Assembly: GCA_963666215.2 (NCBI GenBank)
Contig: CAXWPL010000004.1
Span: 128,001 to 192,000 of the forward strand
Direction of reading: 5' to 3'
Length of the DNA stretch: 64,000 bases
From: Acidobacteriota bacterium
GTDB taxonomy: Bacteria > Acidobacteriota > UBA890 > WLXD01
Every line of letters begins with the position of its first letter. Positions within the stretch are counted from its first letter, which is position 1. The position numbers were made by a program, and so were the translations under genes. Below the pieces are notes generated by a model that saw nothing but the letters and a program-made list of their open reading frames with translations, had not been told where the DNA came from and made no database searches. Of the stretch, positions 1 through 10,048 are shown piece by piece.

Positions 1-1500
1 GTCGAGGAACGGGACGCGATCGACCATGTAGGTGGTTGCCTCGGCGACAGTAAACTGGTTGAGGTGCATGTTGACCTCGGCCGCAACGCGAACGGTCCTC
101 TTGATTCCGAAGATGTAGTAGAGCTCGCGGGTACGCGGACGCTCGTCGAGCAGTCCGTTCTGCAGGAATGTCTCCTCCAGGTAGTAGGCCCAGCCCTCCA
201 CACGGCCACCCTCGGCGTAGGTGCTGCGAATCGGATGATCCTGCTGGGCCGCAACCAGGCCGTCGAAACGGTGCCCGGGAATGACCGCGTGTACATGGTC
301 AGGGCGCGGGTCTCGAAACTGGATCTCTTCCCAGAAGTTGCGACCACCCGGCCGTTCGATCCACGGCACGTTGGTGTCGAGCTCGCCGACAAACTCGGGG
401 ATCGTCAGCATGTTCTTGTCGCGGATGAAGGCGCGCACATGCTCGTCGGCGTCTCGGATGCGCTGCTGGTAGTCCTCGGCCGAGCCGGCGGGCTCGATCT
501 CCGGGAGGTCGGCGTTGCGGTTGCGCTCGAACGCGAGAAACGCGGTAAGACGCTCGTACTCGCGCTTTGCCAGGCGCGCGACGTCGACGTTGTCGTAGGG
601 CATGAACTTGACGTGCCTCAGGTACCAGTCGAAGTTCGCGCGCCCGACGCCGGCCGCCGCGGTCCAGCTGTCGCGGTTGTCGGACAGCCAGCGATGAAAC
701 GCCTCCACAGAGCGCTGCGCCGCTTCCACGTCAGCAACCACTTCCGGCTGCTGCCGGAGCGCCCTGCCGAGCAGGTCGTCGTACCAACCGAGCACTCCCG
801 CGGGCGGCGTCGCGCGGTACGGGTGCCCGTGGCCAACACCGTCCGCGGTCTCCAGGTTGCGGATCGCCAGGGCCGCGTAGTCGGCAGCTGGGCCGGTGAG
901 GTGCTCACGAGCGCGTTCCAGGAGCCCCGGCACGGCCGCCAGTCGCGTCCGAAGGCGCTCCAGCGCCTCTCCCTCGACGGGCAGCTCGGCGAAGGTGATC
1001 TGCATCAGGCGGTCGACGTAGAAGCCCGGATCGCGGGCCCAGGGCCGGGATACGCGGTGCAGGAACTCCTCGCGATCGAGCATGCTGCGAACCACCAGGT
1101 AGTCGACGTGGCGAGGAACCGGCCAGTCGGCCGGGCCGATCTCGCCCAGCCGCCGTTGCAGCCCTGAAATCCCCTCGAGCCGTCGCCGCATCGCCTCGGG
1201 CGACCAGTCGGCACCACCGCTCGGAGCCGTTTGGAGCTCCTGAAACTGCGCGAATAGCGCCAGCAAGTCGTCGTAGTTGCCGCCGGCAGCCACCGAGGAG
1301 GCGGCGGCGACGCGGGGTGCAGCGACCAGGTCTTCGTCGCCCACCGACGGGCCACACGCGGCGGCTAGCGCGAACGCGGCGGCAAGAATGTACGGCGGGC
1401 GCAACCTGCGAGGCCTCACCCGAGCTCGGCCGCAACGCGGAGCCACGGCGCCGCCCTTGGTCGTCGGACATCTCGATTCTTTCTCCTCGGCGATGCTCAT
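1..1500 (-). CDS. DUF885-like lipoprotein, divergent subfamily (3' end runs off the window)
   Basis: Not in the ORF track; translated by hand. ATG at 1500 overlaps the upstream TGA (ATGA). Lipobox-like ILAAAFALAAAC, then DYLVVRSML..RPWARDPGFY, HVHAVIPGHRFD and RVEGWAYYLEE. The frame stays open to position 1. Confidence 0.8.
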   Translation of the reverse strand, partial: MSIAEEKESRCPTTKGGAVAPRCGRARVRPRRLRPPYILAAAFALAAACGPSVGDEDLVAAPRVAAASSVAAGGNYDDLLALFAQFQELQTAPSGGADWSPEAMRRRLEGISGLQRRLGEIGPADWPVPRHVDYLVVRSMLDREEFLHRVSRPWARDPGFYVDRLMQITFAELPVEGEALERLRTRLAAVPGLLERAREHLTGPAADYAALAIRNLETADGVGHGHPYRATPPAGVLGWYDDLLGRALRQQPEVVADVEAAQRSVEAFHRWLSDNRDSWTAAAGVGRANFDWYLRHVKFMPYDNVDVARLAKREYERLTAFLAFERNRNADLPEIEPAGSAEDYQQRIRDADEHVRAFIRDKNMLTIPEFVGELDTNVPWIERPGGRNFWEEIQFRDPRPDHVHAVIPGHRFDGLVAAQQDHPIRSTYAEGGRVEGWAYYLEETFLQNGLLDERPRTRELYYIFGIKRTVRVAAEVNMHLNQFTVAEATTYMVDRVPFLD

Positions 1501-2381
1501 CGAGAGCGCAGGCCGCAGATCTCGGCGACGCGCTCCATCTTGGCGCGCAAGATCGACAGGTCGCGATCGACCTCCTTGATCGGCGTATCGACGATCAGGT
1601 GGTGCACACCGAGCTCCACATGGCGGGCGTGCGTCTCGGGCGTGACGTCGTAGGTGTCCCCTGGCCTCGCGACAATGGTCAGGGACTCGAACTCCCGGCC
1701 TGTCTGCTCGCAGTGTCCCCGCAGGCTGTCGAGACCCGCCTCGAGCGCCGTCAGCGAGATCTGTGTCGGATGCCAGCCGTCGCCAACTCGGGCAACGCGA
1801 CGCAGCGCGTGCTCGCTGTGGCCACCCCAGACGATCGGGATACGCTCCTGCGCCGGCCGCGGGTGCATGCGGCTCGGTGGCACACGATAGGACTTTCCCT
1901 CGAAAGCCACGGTTCGCCCCGTCCAAAAGCGGCGCATTAGATCGATCATCTCCTCGGTGCGCCTCCCACGACCCGTATAGGACTGGCCGATGGCCTCGAA
2001 CTCCTCTTCCATCCAGCCCACGCCGATCCCCAGCACCAGACGGCCGCCCGTCAGAAAGTCGAGCGTCGAGAGCTGCTTGGCGAGCAGCACCGGATGGCGC
2101 AAGGGCGCAACAAGAATCGAAGTGCCGATCTTGAGCCCGGGGCAAGCGGCGGCGGCCCAGCACAGCGACAGCAGGGGATCGAGCCACTTGGTGTCGGCCG
2201 GGTAATCCCAGCGGCCGTGCGAGCGGTACGGATAGTGCGCGTCGACGCGCTCTGGCAGCACCACGTGGTCGGTGAGCCAGATCGAGTGATAGCCCAGCTC
2301 GTCGGCCAGCCGCGCAACCGCGACGATGTTCTCAGGACTGGCCTTCGGGCCGGCATTCGGAACGATCACTCCGACTTCCAT
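1497..2381 (-). CDS. LLM-class (luciferase-like), probably F420-dependent oxidoreductase
   Basis: ADELGYHSIWLTDHVV, DPLLSL, GTSILVAPLRHPVLLAKQLSTLDFLTGGRLVLGIGVGW, GDGWHP. Start moved to MEVGV (2381) behind an AGGAG RBS. Confidence 0.9.
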   Translation of the reverse strand: MEVGVIVPNAGPKASPENIVAVARLADELGYHSIWLTDHVVLPERVDAHYPYRSHGRWDYPADTKWLDPLLSLCWAAAACPGLKIGTSILVAPLRHPVLLAKQLSTLDFLTGGRLVLGIGVGWMEEEFEAIGQSYTGRGRRTEEMIDLMRRFWTGRTVAFEGKSYRVPPSRMHPRPAQERIPIVWGGHSEHALRRVARVGDGWHPTQISLTALEAGLDSLRGHCEQTGREFESLTIVARPGDTYDVTPETHARHVELGVHHLIVDTPIKEVDRDLSILRAKMERVAEICGLRSR

Positions 2382-2432
2382 CGGTCTCTCCTGCCGGCGC
2401 GCTTTGCGGCTGACGGGCTCCGTCAACTCAGC

Positions 2433-3770
2433 TCACAGCGCCGCGCTTGTCACGCCGGGCAACGGCCTTTCGGCGTCGACACCCAGCCACAACAGGCCCG
2501 CGATCAGCGCCACGACGCCGCACGAATCCAGTGCCGTGACCCAGCCGAACCGGGCCACGAGAATCGGCATGAGGGCGGTGGACACTACACCCCCGAGGTT
2601 GTTGGCGGTATTGATGATGCCGGTGACAAAGCCCGTCCGCGGGCCGCCTATGTCCATGGCGGTCGACCAGATCGTCCCCTCCGCGAACTCGGCCAAGCCG
2701 AAGCTCAGCGCCAACGCCGCCACCGCCAGGTAAGGCCTACCGGTACGGGCGCCCAGAATTAACAGTGCGGCGCCGAGCACGGGGCCGGCCATCGCCGGCA
2801 GCCGGCGACCCCAACGACGACCGAGACGAACCGTGCCCCGATCGCTCGCCAATCCGCCCAGCGGTGACAGCGCAGCGGCCGCGATGAACGGCAGGGCGGC
2901 AACGAAGCCACCCTCGACGATGCCAAACTCTCGCACCTCCACCAGATAGATGTAAAACCAGAACACGAAGACATACAGCACGTATCCGGTCAGAAAGTAG
3001 CTGATCGAAAGGAGCACCAGCGACCGGCTGGACAGAACATGCCGCCAGCTCAAGCGTGTCGGGCTGCCACGCGCCTGGAGATCCCGGTCCTCGGTGGCCG
3101 CCGGGAGCGTCCCGCGGATCAGCGCCAGCTCCGCCGCGTCGACCCCTGGGTGATCTTCCGGTACCGACGCGCCGCGCAGGGTCCAGAGGACGGCGATCGC
3201 AACGCTGAGCAAGGAGGCAACGTAGAACGACTGCCGCCAGCCGATCGTGGCCATCAGCCAGGCAATGATCGGGGGGGTGACGGCGGAGCCCACGAAGACC
3301 CCCGTGACCACGAACGAGTACGAGAAGGCGCGCTTCGCCACCGGCTGCCACGCCGCGACGGTGCGCGCCGCCATCGGGTAAACAGCGGCGATGCTGCAGC
3401 CCAGAAGGAAGCGGATCACCAAGAGCGTGGCGAACGACGCGCCGGCGGCCATCCCGAATCTACCGGGCAGGTAGCCGGTCAGGAACGTGAGGGCGGCCCA
3501 CGACCAGCCGATCGCCGCCAGCACGACGTACGATCCGACCTTGTCGCCGAACATCCCCATGGGAATCTGCAGCAGCGCGTATCCGAGCAGGAAGGCGCTG
3601 AACACCTGGCCCATCTGGATCTGGGTCAGCGCCAGCTGCGGCATCATGAGCTCGGCCGCGACCGAGATGTTCATGCGCTCGACGTAGCTGACCACGCTGA
3701 AGCCGACGAGCAGGGCGACGATCTCCCAGCGCACGCGGCCCGGCAGCCAGCGCCGCCTCAACGCCTCCAT
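2433..3770 (-). CDS. MFS transporter, anion:cation symporter (galactonate/glucarate-like) family
   Basis: About 12 hydrophobic segments; RWEIVALL..SYVERMNISVA; SAFLLGYALLQIPMG; GIINTANNLGG. Confidence 0.88.
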   Translation of the reverse strand: MEALRRRWLPGRVRWEIVALLVGFSVVSYVERMNISVAAELMMPQLALTQIQMGQVFSAFLLGYALLQIPMGMFGDKVGSYVVLAAIGWSWAALTFLTGYLPGRFGMAAGASFATLLVIRFLLGCSIAAVYPMAARTVAAWQPVAKRAFSYSFVVTGVFVGSAVTPPIIAWLMATIGWRQSFYVASLLSVAIAVLWTLRGASVPEDHPGVDAAELALIRGTLPAATEDRDLQARGSPTRLSWRHVLSSRSLVLLSISYFLTGYVLYVFVFWFYIYLVEVREFGIVEGGFVAALPFIAAAALSPLGGLASDRGTVRLGRRWGRRLPAMAGPVLGAALLILGARTGRPYLAVAALALSFGLAEFAEGTIWSTAMDIGGPRTGFVTGIINTANNLGGVVSTALMPILVARFGWVTALDSCGVVALIAGLLWLGVDAERPLPGVTSAAL

Positions 3771-5602
3771 TCGGGTCGGAACTCCGTCTCCAGCTCGCCC
3801 ATCATCTCGTCGCGAACCAGTTCGACCGGCAAGAAGCCGATGCGGTAGACGCGATCGTGGAAGTCCTTCAGCGTCCCCTTCTGGTCGAGCTCACGCATCT
3901 TGTTGAAGTAGTCCTGGCGCAGCAGCATCCACTGGAAGTAGCCAACCGTGGGGGCCGCAGTGCCGGTGCCACCGCCGGCGATCCCATCGATGTTGATCTC
4001 CGCACCACGGCGAACGAAGCCGGTGCGGTTCGACTCCACATCGACGGCCTCCTCCCAGGTCATGCGGCCAGTGTGCAGCCCCGAGTCGATGATCACGCGC
4101 CCCATGCGCCACAGCTTGAGCCGCAGGATCTCGAGCTCGTAGCGGTCCTGCAGCTCGGGCGGGAAGAAACCGTACTCCGGCCTCGGGGTCAGCTCCCACT
4201 CGATGTAGTAACACCAGGCCTGGTTGGAGTAGCTCGACTCGTATCGCCGTAGCGGTCGCTCGTTGCGGTTCTGGTACAGCCGCATCAAGTGGTGCCCAGG
4301 ATAGGCCTCGTGCGGTCCGATCGCGTAGAAGAAGCTCCAGTCCTTCTCCGTCAGGTTCTCCTCGGCAACGTCCGGGGCCCACTCCGGCTGGATGGGGATG
4401 ATGGGCCAAGCCATTTTCTTCGACATGTTCCCGGCGGGCAGGTAGCCGGGGCCGAAGCCCCACCACTGCGACGACGACATGCTGGGATCCGACGCCACCA
4501 TGAGCTGGTCGTCGTCGTCCCACGGAATCGAGACCAGATCGTTGGCAATCGTCCACTCGCGTGTCCTGCGCGAGAGCACGATTCCCTCGTAGACCAGCTG
4601 CTCGTTGAACGGGTGCAGGCTCTTGGTCTCGCGGATGATCTCGAGCCAGGTCTTGGTCGGATCCATCGACGCCGCCTTGGCCTCGAGGTGATGCTCGGCG
4701 ATCTCGTACTGTTTCCAGCCCCAGTCGTGGTAGTCGGGGACGCGCGTGAAGCCCCTCTCACCAGCGCTGATCTGCTCGAGCTCCCGATCGGCAGCGGGAA
4801 ACTGGTGGCGGTTCTCGTGGAGATAGTTGTAGAGGTCGGCGCCGATCTTGAAATCGCCCTCGGGACGCTCGGTCCACTCGTCGTTCACGAAGACGCGGAA
4901 GTCCCGCAGCGCCTCGATCGTCGACTCCGCCTCGGCCAGTAGCTCCTGCCCGATCGCCGGATCGAGCCGCGCCGCGAAGTCCGGCACATGCTCCTGCATG
5001 ACGATAATCGTGCCGTCGATACGGGCGTTGGAGTAGAGAAGCCAGTTGGGGATGTACTCGGTCAGGTTCTCACGGCCCTGCTCGAGTCCTGCACGCAACC
5101 CCTGCAGGTCCCGGATCAGTCCGCGGCCGCGGTCGTCTGGGTGGCGCGGATCGGCCTGTATCTTGAAGATCATGCCGTTGGTGAACAGGTACCGGCGGGG
5201 GTCCTGGCGCCAGCGCTGGACCTCCTGCCCCTCGCGGATATTGGCCTTGAGGATGCCCTCCAGGAAGCGGAAGTCGGTTTCCTGTTCGAGCGTGAGCGAC
5301 GCCCTGTCGATCTGCTCGAGATCGCCGAGCAGACGCTGCTGGGTTTCGATGCGACGCTGAAAGCTCTCGGCGCTCATGCCGCCGGGGACGCTGCAGCCCA
5401 CACCCCGTACCTCGCAGAGGTAGCGATCGACGAGGGCCTCGAAATCGGCCGCCAAGACCACCGGCCTCGACGCCACGGGTCCACGTTCCGCCACCGCCGG
5501 TCCGCCGTCGGCCACGGATACGACCATCAAGACACAAAGTGGCACGAGAGCCACGGCGAGCCTGTTGCCGAGACGCTGGAATCGACTGCTTCCTGTTCGC
5601 AT
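3758..5602 (-). CDS. Secreted DUF885-family protein (NQAW subtype)
   Basis: Signal peptide, WRQDPRRY, HEAYPGHH, SNQAWCYYIE, KDFHDRVYRIGFLP. Start MRTGSS behind AAAGGAG. Confidence 0.85.
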   Translation of the reverse strand: MRTGSSRFQRLGNRLAVALVPLCVLMVVSVADGGPAVAERGPVASRPVVLAADFEALVDRYLCEVRGVGCSVPGGMSAESFQRRIETQQRLLGDLEQIDRASLTLEQETDFRFLEGILKANIREGQEVQRWRQDPRRYLFTNGMIFKIQADPRHPDDRGRGLIRDLQGLRAGLEQGRENLTEYIPNWLLYSNARIDGTIIVMQEHVPDFAARLDPAIGQELLAEAESTIEALRDFRVFVNDEWTERPEGDFKIGADLYNYLHENRHQFPAADRELEQISAGERGFTRVPDYHDWGWKQYEIAEHHLEAKAASMDPTKTWLEIIRETKSLHPFNEQLVYEGIVLSRRTREWTIANDLVSIPWDDDDQLMVASDPSMSSSQWWGFGPGYLPAGNMSKKMAWPIIPIQPEWAPDVAEENLTEKDWSFFYAIGPHEAYPGHHLMRLYQNRNERPLRRYESSYSNQAWCYYIEWELTPRPEYGFFPPELQDRYELEILRLKLWRMGRVIIDSGLHTGRMTWEEAVDVESNRTGFVRRGAEINIDGIAGGGTGTAAPTVGYFQWMLLRQDYFNKMRELDQKGTLKDFHDRVYRIGFLPVELVRDEMMGELETEFRPEWRR

Positions 5603-5714
5603 GGATCCTGCTCCTTTCGGGTCGCCCGCCCATGTCGTTGTCGGGCTGGCGCCATCGCGTGGGCATGGACGTCGCCGCGTGCTATTCCGCGAGCGGAGCA
5701 CACGGCAGTGTCGT

Positions 5715-5743
5715 TTTCTACTTACCGGTCAGATGAAAGTCAA
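5715..5743 (-). promoter_or_regulatory. Sigma70-like promoter (TTGACT-17-TAGAAA) with a palindromic operator TACTTACCGGTCAGAT (5719-5734)
   Basis: Read directly upstream of the DUF885-MFS-LLM operon. The operator matches TACTGACCGGTCAGTA at 13/16. Confidence 0.55.
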
Positions 5744-6015
5744 CCTGGCGCCGGCCAGGGCCTCGCCGCCCGTGAACCTCGACGGGCTCTGAATCGCGAC
5801 TCCAACAATCACCGAGAACGACGCTGAAACCGCCTCTCGCCCGTCCAGCAACCCAGGAGAGACCATCCTGACGCCCGCCGTAGGCAGGCGCGGCCGACTT
5901 CACGGAAGAAACTGACACTACTAACTGGCAGGTAAAGATAGTAGTTTCTTGCACCGGATCTTGAAACCTGCGGAGACTTCTCGGTGGCGGCGCTCCCCAA
6001 ACTGAAGCAGGAGCC

Positions 6016-6567
6016 GTGATGAGGACTTGTAACGAGCCACTTCGTCGGGTCGCAGCGATGCGCTCGGTGTTGCTGCTGGCGTTGCTGATGCCGGTTGCGT
6101 GCGCGACCGGGGATCCACCCGACGATGTAGGGGCCGTTGAGGAACCCGGCGCTGACGAGCCTGTCGCCGGAGGCTCACCCGATCAAGCCGGGGAGACCCT
6201 CGCCTTTCGCACTCAGCACATGACGGCGCTGACCGACCGCCGCGACATCGAGCGCATCATGAGCCACTTCACCGACGACGCGGCCTACGTGCCTCCGGGG
6301 GGCGAGGCCGTGGTCGGACGCGATGCGATCCGCGCCTATCTCAGCGACTTCTTCTCTGGCGGCCTATTCGGCGTCCGCTTCGACAACCACATGGCGCGCG
6401 CAGACGGCGACCTGGCGGTGCTGCGCGATACCTACGACATGGTGATCGTTCCTCACTCGGGCGGCGTTCAGACGCAGCACTCGGGCGAGGACGTCTGGGT
6501 GCTACGCCGGGTCGACAACGAATGGAAGATCGCTCTCGTCATCTGGACGGAACACACACCCGACTGA
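6016..6567 (+). CDS. NTF2-like / SnoaL / DUF4440 domain lipoprotein
   Basis: Lipobox LLMPVAC; DIERIMSHFTDDAAYVPPGGEAVVGRDAIRAY; VWVLRRVDNEWKI. Confidence 0.8.
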   Translation: MMRTCNEPLRRVAAMRSVLLLALLMPVACATGDPPDDVGAVEEPGADEPVAGGSPDQAGETLAFRTQHMTALTDRRDIERIMSHFTDDAAYVPPGGEAVVGRDAIRAYLSDFFSGGLFGVRFDNHMARADGDLAVLRDTYDMVIVPHSGGVQTQHSGEDVWVLRRVDNEWKIALVIWTEHTPD

Positions 6568-6583
6568 GAACGCTGGCTCGCGG

Positions 6584-9500
6584 TCACCCGGGAGGTCGCA
6601 CCAGCCCCGTGGAGGCGCCCACAGCGCGCCCCGGGGTCCAAACCACACCAGCGTCGTCGAGCGCCCGCCGCAGCAACGGCATCTCTTCCTGAGCGAGACG
6701 GTCGAGGTTGGAGACCAGATCGACGAGGCTGTCATAGGCCCAGCGAGTAAGTCGCGCCTGGTCGGCCGTCGGCGGCCCGGTCCAGGCCTCGGTGGTCGAG
6801 TAGAGGCGCTCGACGAGAGCGGCCAGCGGCACCCGGGTCTCCTGCTGGGCGATTCCCGACTGCGGCGCCCCACGTAGCTCCACGAGGATCTGCCGCGCGC
6901 CGTCGGCCAGCACCCGGGCTTGTTCCACGACACTGGCTGGGGCGTCCGCACGACGCTCGAGCGCGCGCTGAGCTTCGCTTACCTGGTCGACGATCTCACG
7001 AGCCGTCACCTCGGCAGCTCGCGCCACGCCGACCATCGACGACTGCGAGACCAGGGTGTCGTGCCAAAGACGCCGATCGGCCTCGCCGTGATCGATCGAC
7101 ATGTCGGGTTCGACGACCAGCGTACGCTCGTGCACCTGCTGGCCCACGGTCAGCCTCACGGTCCACTCGCCAGGCATGACGAAGAAGCCATGCAGCCCGC
7201 GCCTGTCCGCCGCTCGCGAGCGTGGATCTGGAGGCGGCTCGTGGCGAAGGTCCCAGACCAGCCGCTGCACACCGGCTCCTACTCGGCCGGCCGGCAGACG
7301 TCGAACAACGTTGCCGTCGGCGTCGAGAATGTCGACGACCGCGGCGCTCTGGCTCGCCTCCTCACTGAGCCAGTAGCTGATGAGCGCCCCGCGAGGTGGG
7401 TTCGGAGCCGTGAAGAACGAGCTGCCAAGGCTGCGACGGCCCCGGGTGAAGTCGTGCAGCTGCATGCTTGCGCGAGGCTGCGCCAGAACCGAGGACCCCG
7501 AATTACCCGCCGTTAGCTCCTCCAGGATGCCGATGTCGTCGAGGATCCAGAAGCCGCGTCCGTGGGTGCCGATGACGAGGTCGTTCTCGCGCGGGTGCAC
7601 AACGATGCCGTGAACCGCAACGGTCGGCAGGTTGTTCTGCAGGCTGATCCAATCGTCGCCGCCGCTGAACGAGGCGAAGATGCCGAGCTCGGTGCCGACG
7701 AACAGCAACTCGGGGTTGCGCGGGTGCTCGACGACGACCCGCGACGAGCCGAACTCGGGCAGGTTGGCGGTGATGTTCGTCCACGTCTCGCCCCAGTCGT
7801 CGCTCTTGACGAGGAAGGGTCCGAAGAGATTGTCCTTGTGCCCGTCGAAGGCCGCGTAGAGGGTTCCCCCGCGGCTGGCCGACCAGGTCACCCAGCTGAC
7901 CTTCATCATGTCGGGAACGCCGGGGAAGGTGTCCGATTGCCGCCACGTCCCGCCGTCGTCGCGGCTCACCTGAATGAGGCCGTCGTCGGTGCCTACGGCC
8001 ACGGTGCCGACCGCGGCCGGAGAGACCGCGAGACTCGAGATGTTGCCGTACATCGCCGTGCTTGCATGAAGGTCGATCGCGTCGGGCGGCTGCACCTCAC
8101 CCTGCAGGGGCAGCGTGGCACGGTCGATCCCACGCGTCAGGTCGGGGCTGATGACCTCCCAGGAGTCGCCCCGGTCGGTGCTCTTGAAAACCACGTTGGC
8201 TGCAAAGTAGAGCGTCTGGTGATCGTGTGGCGAGATCTGCAGAGGCGCGCTCCAGTTCCACCGGTAGCCTGGGGCGCCTTCCTGCGGCTGCCACGGTTGG
8301 ATGCGCCTACGCTCGCCGGTCCGCAGGTCGACACGAGACATCACCCCGTACTGCGACTCGCTGTAGACGATCTCGGGATCGGTCGGATCGATCTGCGAGT
8401 AGAAGCCGTCACCACCCGAGGTCACGATCCAGTCCTCGTTGGCGATCCCCGACGCATATCGCGTGGCGCTGGGGCCGCCCCACGAGCTGTTGTCCTGCGT
8501 TCCGCCGTGTACCCAGTAGAACGGCTCCCGCATATCAACGGCCACGGTGTAGAACTGCGCCACCGAGACATTGCCCTGGAACTGCCAGGTCAGGCCACGG
8601 TCGTACGAGATGTAGATGCCGCCGTCGTTGCCCAACACGAGGTGGCGAGAGTCGTCCGGGTCGACCCAGATGGTGTGGTGATCGCCGTGCACGCCGCCTC
8701 GAGCAAGATCGGTGTGGAACGTCTCTCCCCCGTCCTCCGAGACGTAGAGCGGCGTCATTGGGACATACAGGCGATCAGGATCTTGCGGATCACAGGCCAG
8801 ATGACCGTAATACCAGTGGCTCTGCACGTCGGCGTTGCGAAGCTCCCAGCTGGCACCGCCGTCGAGCGAGCGGAAGGTGCCGCCGTCGGGCGCCACGACG
8901 GTCGCGTACATGGTGTCGGGTTGGCTCGCACAGACCGCAAGCCCGATGCGCCCGACGTCGCCCTGCGGCAGGCCAACGCTCAGCTGCTCCCAGCTCTCGC
9001 CGCCGTTCGTGCTCTTGTAGATGCCGCCTTCCGGGCCCCCACCCACCATGCTCCACATGCGCCGCTCGCGCTGGAACGTGGCCGCAAACAGGACTTCCGG
9101 ATCACGAGGATCCATCAGAACATCAACGACTCCGGTGTGGTCGCTGATCGGCAGGACGTTCGCCCAGGACTCCCCACCGTCCGTCGTCTTGAACAGGCCG
9201 CGCTCCGGGTTCGGACCCCAGAGCGAACCGAGTCCGCCGACGTACACAACGTCGGGATCGGTCGGGTGAATCGCGAATCGACCGATGTGACGCGTGCCCT
9301 CGAGGCCCATGTGGCGCCAGGTCTTGCCCGCATCCAGCGACTTGTAGACGCCATCGCCGTAGGAGGAGCTGCGAACGCTGTTGGCCTCGCCCGTGCCCAC
9401 CCACACGATGTTGGGATTCGACGGAACGACCGCGATGGCACCAACAGACACGCTACCCTCGCGCTCGAAGACCGGCTTCCACGTTGTGCCGTTGTTGTCG

Positions 9501-9760
9501 GTTTTCCAGGCCCCTCCCGAAGCCGTGGCCGCGTACATGACCTGTTTGTCGTCGGGGTTCACCGCGAAAGCAACGGTCCGCCCGCTCATGATCGCCGGTC
9601 CGATGTGCCGCCATTGCAGGCCAGCCAGATCGGCGGTGCCCGGCGTTGCCTGAGGCGCGGCAGCGCCCGCAACGGTGGCCGAAAGCACTGTGAGAATGGC
9701 ACAAGGCACACCAATAGCTACGGCGAGCCGCTTGGTGTGGCGTAGGATGAGGTCACGCAT
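6584..9760 (-). CDS. Secreted Vps10/sortilin-like BNR (Asp-box) repeat protein (glycosyl-hydrolase-like beta-propeller)
   Basis: WRHIGPAIMSGR; many S/TxDxGxTW Asp-boxes; GGTQDNSSW; GTHGRGFWILDD. Start MRDLI behind GGAGG. Confidence 0.85.
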   Translation of the reverse strand: MRDLILRHTKRLAVAIGVPCAILTVLSATVAGAAAPQATPGTADLAGLQWRHIGPAIMSGRTVAFAVNPDDKQVMYAATASGGAWKTDNNGTTWKPVFEREGSVSVGAIAVVPSNPNIVWVGTGEANSVRSSSYGDGVYKSLDAGKTWRHMGLEGTRHIGRFAIHPTDPDVVYVGGLGSLWGPNPERGLFKTTDGGESWANVLPISDHTGVVDVLMDPRDPEVLFAATFQRERRMWSMVGGGPEGGIYKSTNGGESWEQLSVGLPQGDVGRIGLAVCASQPDTMYATVVAPDGGTFRSLDGGASWELRNADVQSHWYYGHLACDPQDPDRLYVPMTPLYVSEDGGETFHTDLARGGVHGDHHTIWVDPDDSRHLVLGNDGGIYISYDRGLTWQFQGNVSVAQFYTVAVDMREPFYWVHGGTQDNSSWGGPSATRYASGIANEDWIVTSGGDGFYSQIDPTDPEIVYSESQYGVMSRVDLRTGERRRIQPWQPQEGAPGYRWNWSAPLQISPHDHQTLYFAANVVFKSTDRGDSWEVISPDLTRGIDRATLPLQGEVQPPDAIDLHASTAMYGNISSLAVSPAAVGTVAVGTDDGLIQVSRDDGGTWRQSDTFPGVPDMMKVSWVTWSASRGGTLYAAFDGHKDNLFGPFLVKSDDWGETWTNITANLPEFGSSRVVVEHPRNPELLFVGTELGIFASFSGGDDWISLQNNLPTVAVHGIVVHPRENDLVIGTHGRGFWILDDIGILEELTAGNSGSSVLAQPRASMQLHDFTRGRRSLGSSFFTAPNPPRGALISYWLSEEASQSAAVVDILDADGNVVRRLPAGRVGAGVQRLVWDLRHEPPPDPRSRAADRRGLHGFFVMPGEWTVRLTVGQQVHERTLVVEPDMSIDHGEADRRLWHDTLVSQSSMVGVARAAEVTAREIVDQVSEAQRALERRADAPASVVEQARVLADGARQILVELRGAPQSGIAQQETRVPLAALVERLYSTTEAWTGPPTADQARLTRWAYDSLVDLVSNLDRLAQEEMPLLRRALDDAGVVWTPGRAVGASTGLVRPPG

Positions 9761-9885
9761 GATCTCGCCTCCGAGGCTCTGACAAGAAACGACTGCTGGC
9801 ACTCCTGTGATCGGGCGAAACAGTCCATCGGCCTCGTCGCTGGGCGCGCGCTGGATGACAGTCAGCGGGTCGAGGCGCACTCGAG

Positions 9886-10009
9886 TTTCTACCCATCAGT
9901 CGAATTAATGTCAAGCTGGCGAGTGCTCTCGATGCGCCGCGAACCGCCACAAATGAAGGTCGCGCCCGAGCGCGCAGCTATTGCCAGAAATTCTACTCAA
10001 CGGTAGGAT
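9886..10009. promoter_or_regulatory. Divergent promoter pair: TTGACA-17-TAGAAA (minus, 9914-9886) and TTGCCA-17-TAGGAT (plus, 9981-10009), with an operator-like site at 9994-10009
   Basis: Read by eye in the AT-richer intergenic gap. Confidence 0.5.
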
Positions 10010-10048
10010 AGTGAACGCTCTTGGCTTGTGGACTGAAAGTGGGTAGGC

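Noticed and set aside
64-1167. Long plus-strand ORFs antisense to real genes (also 7562-9745, 14835-16634, 30468-32072, 32097-33959, 39319-41280, 44997-47093, 50543-52639)
   Set aside because: These are shadow ORFs caused by high-GC codon bias. They have no family motifs, and the opposite strand carries clear genes.
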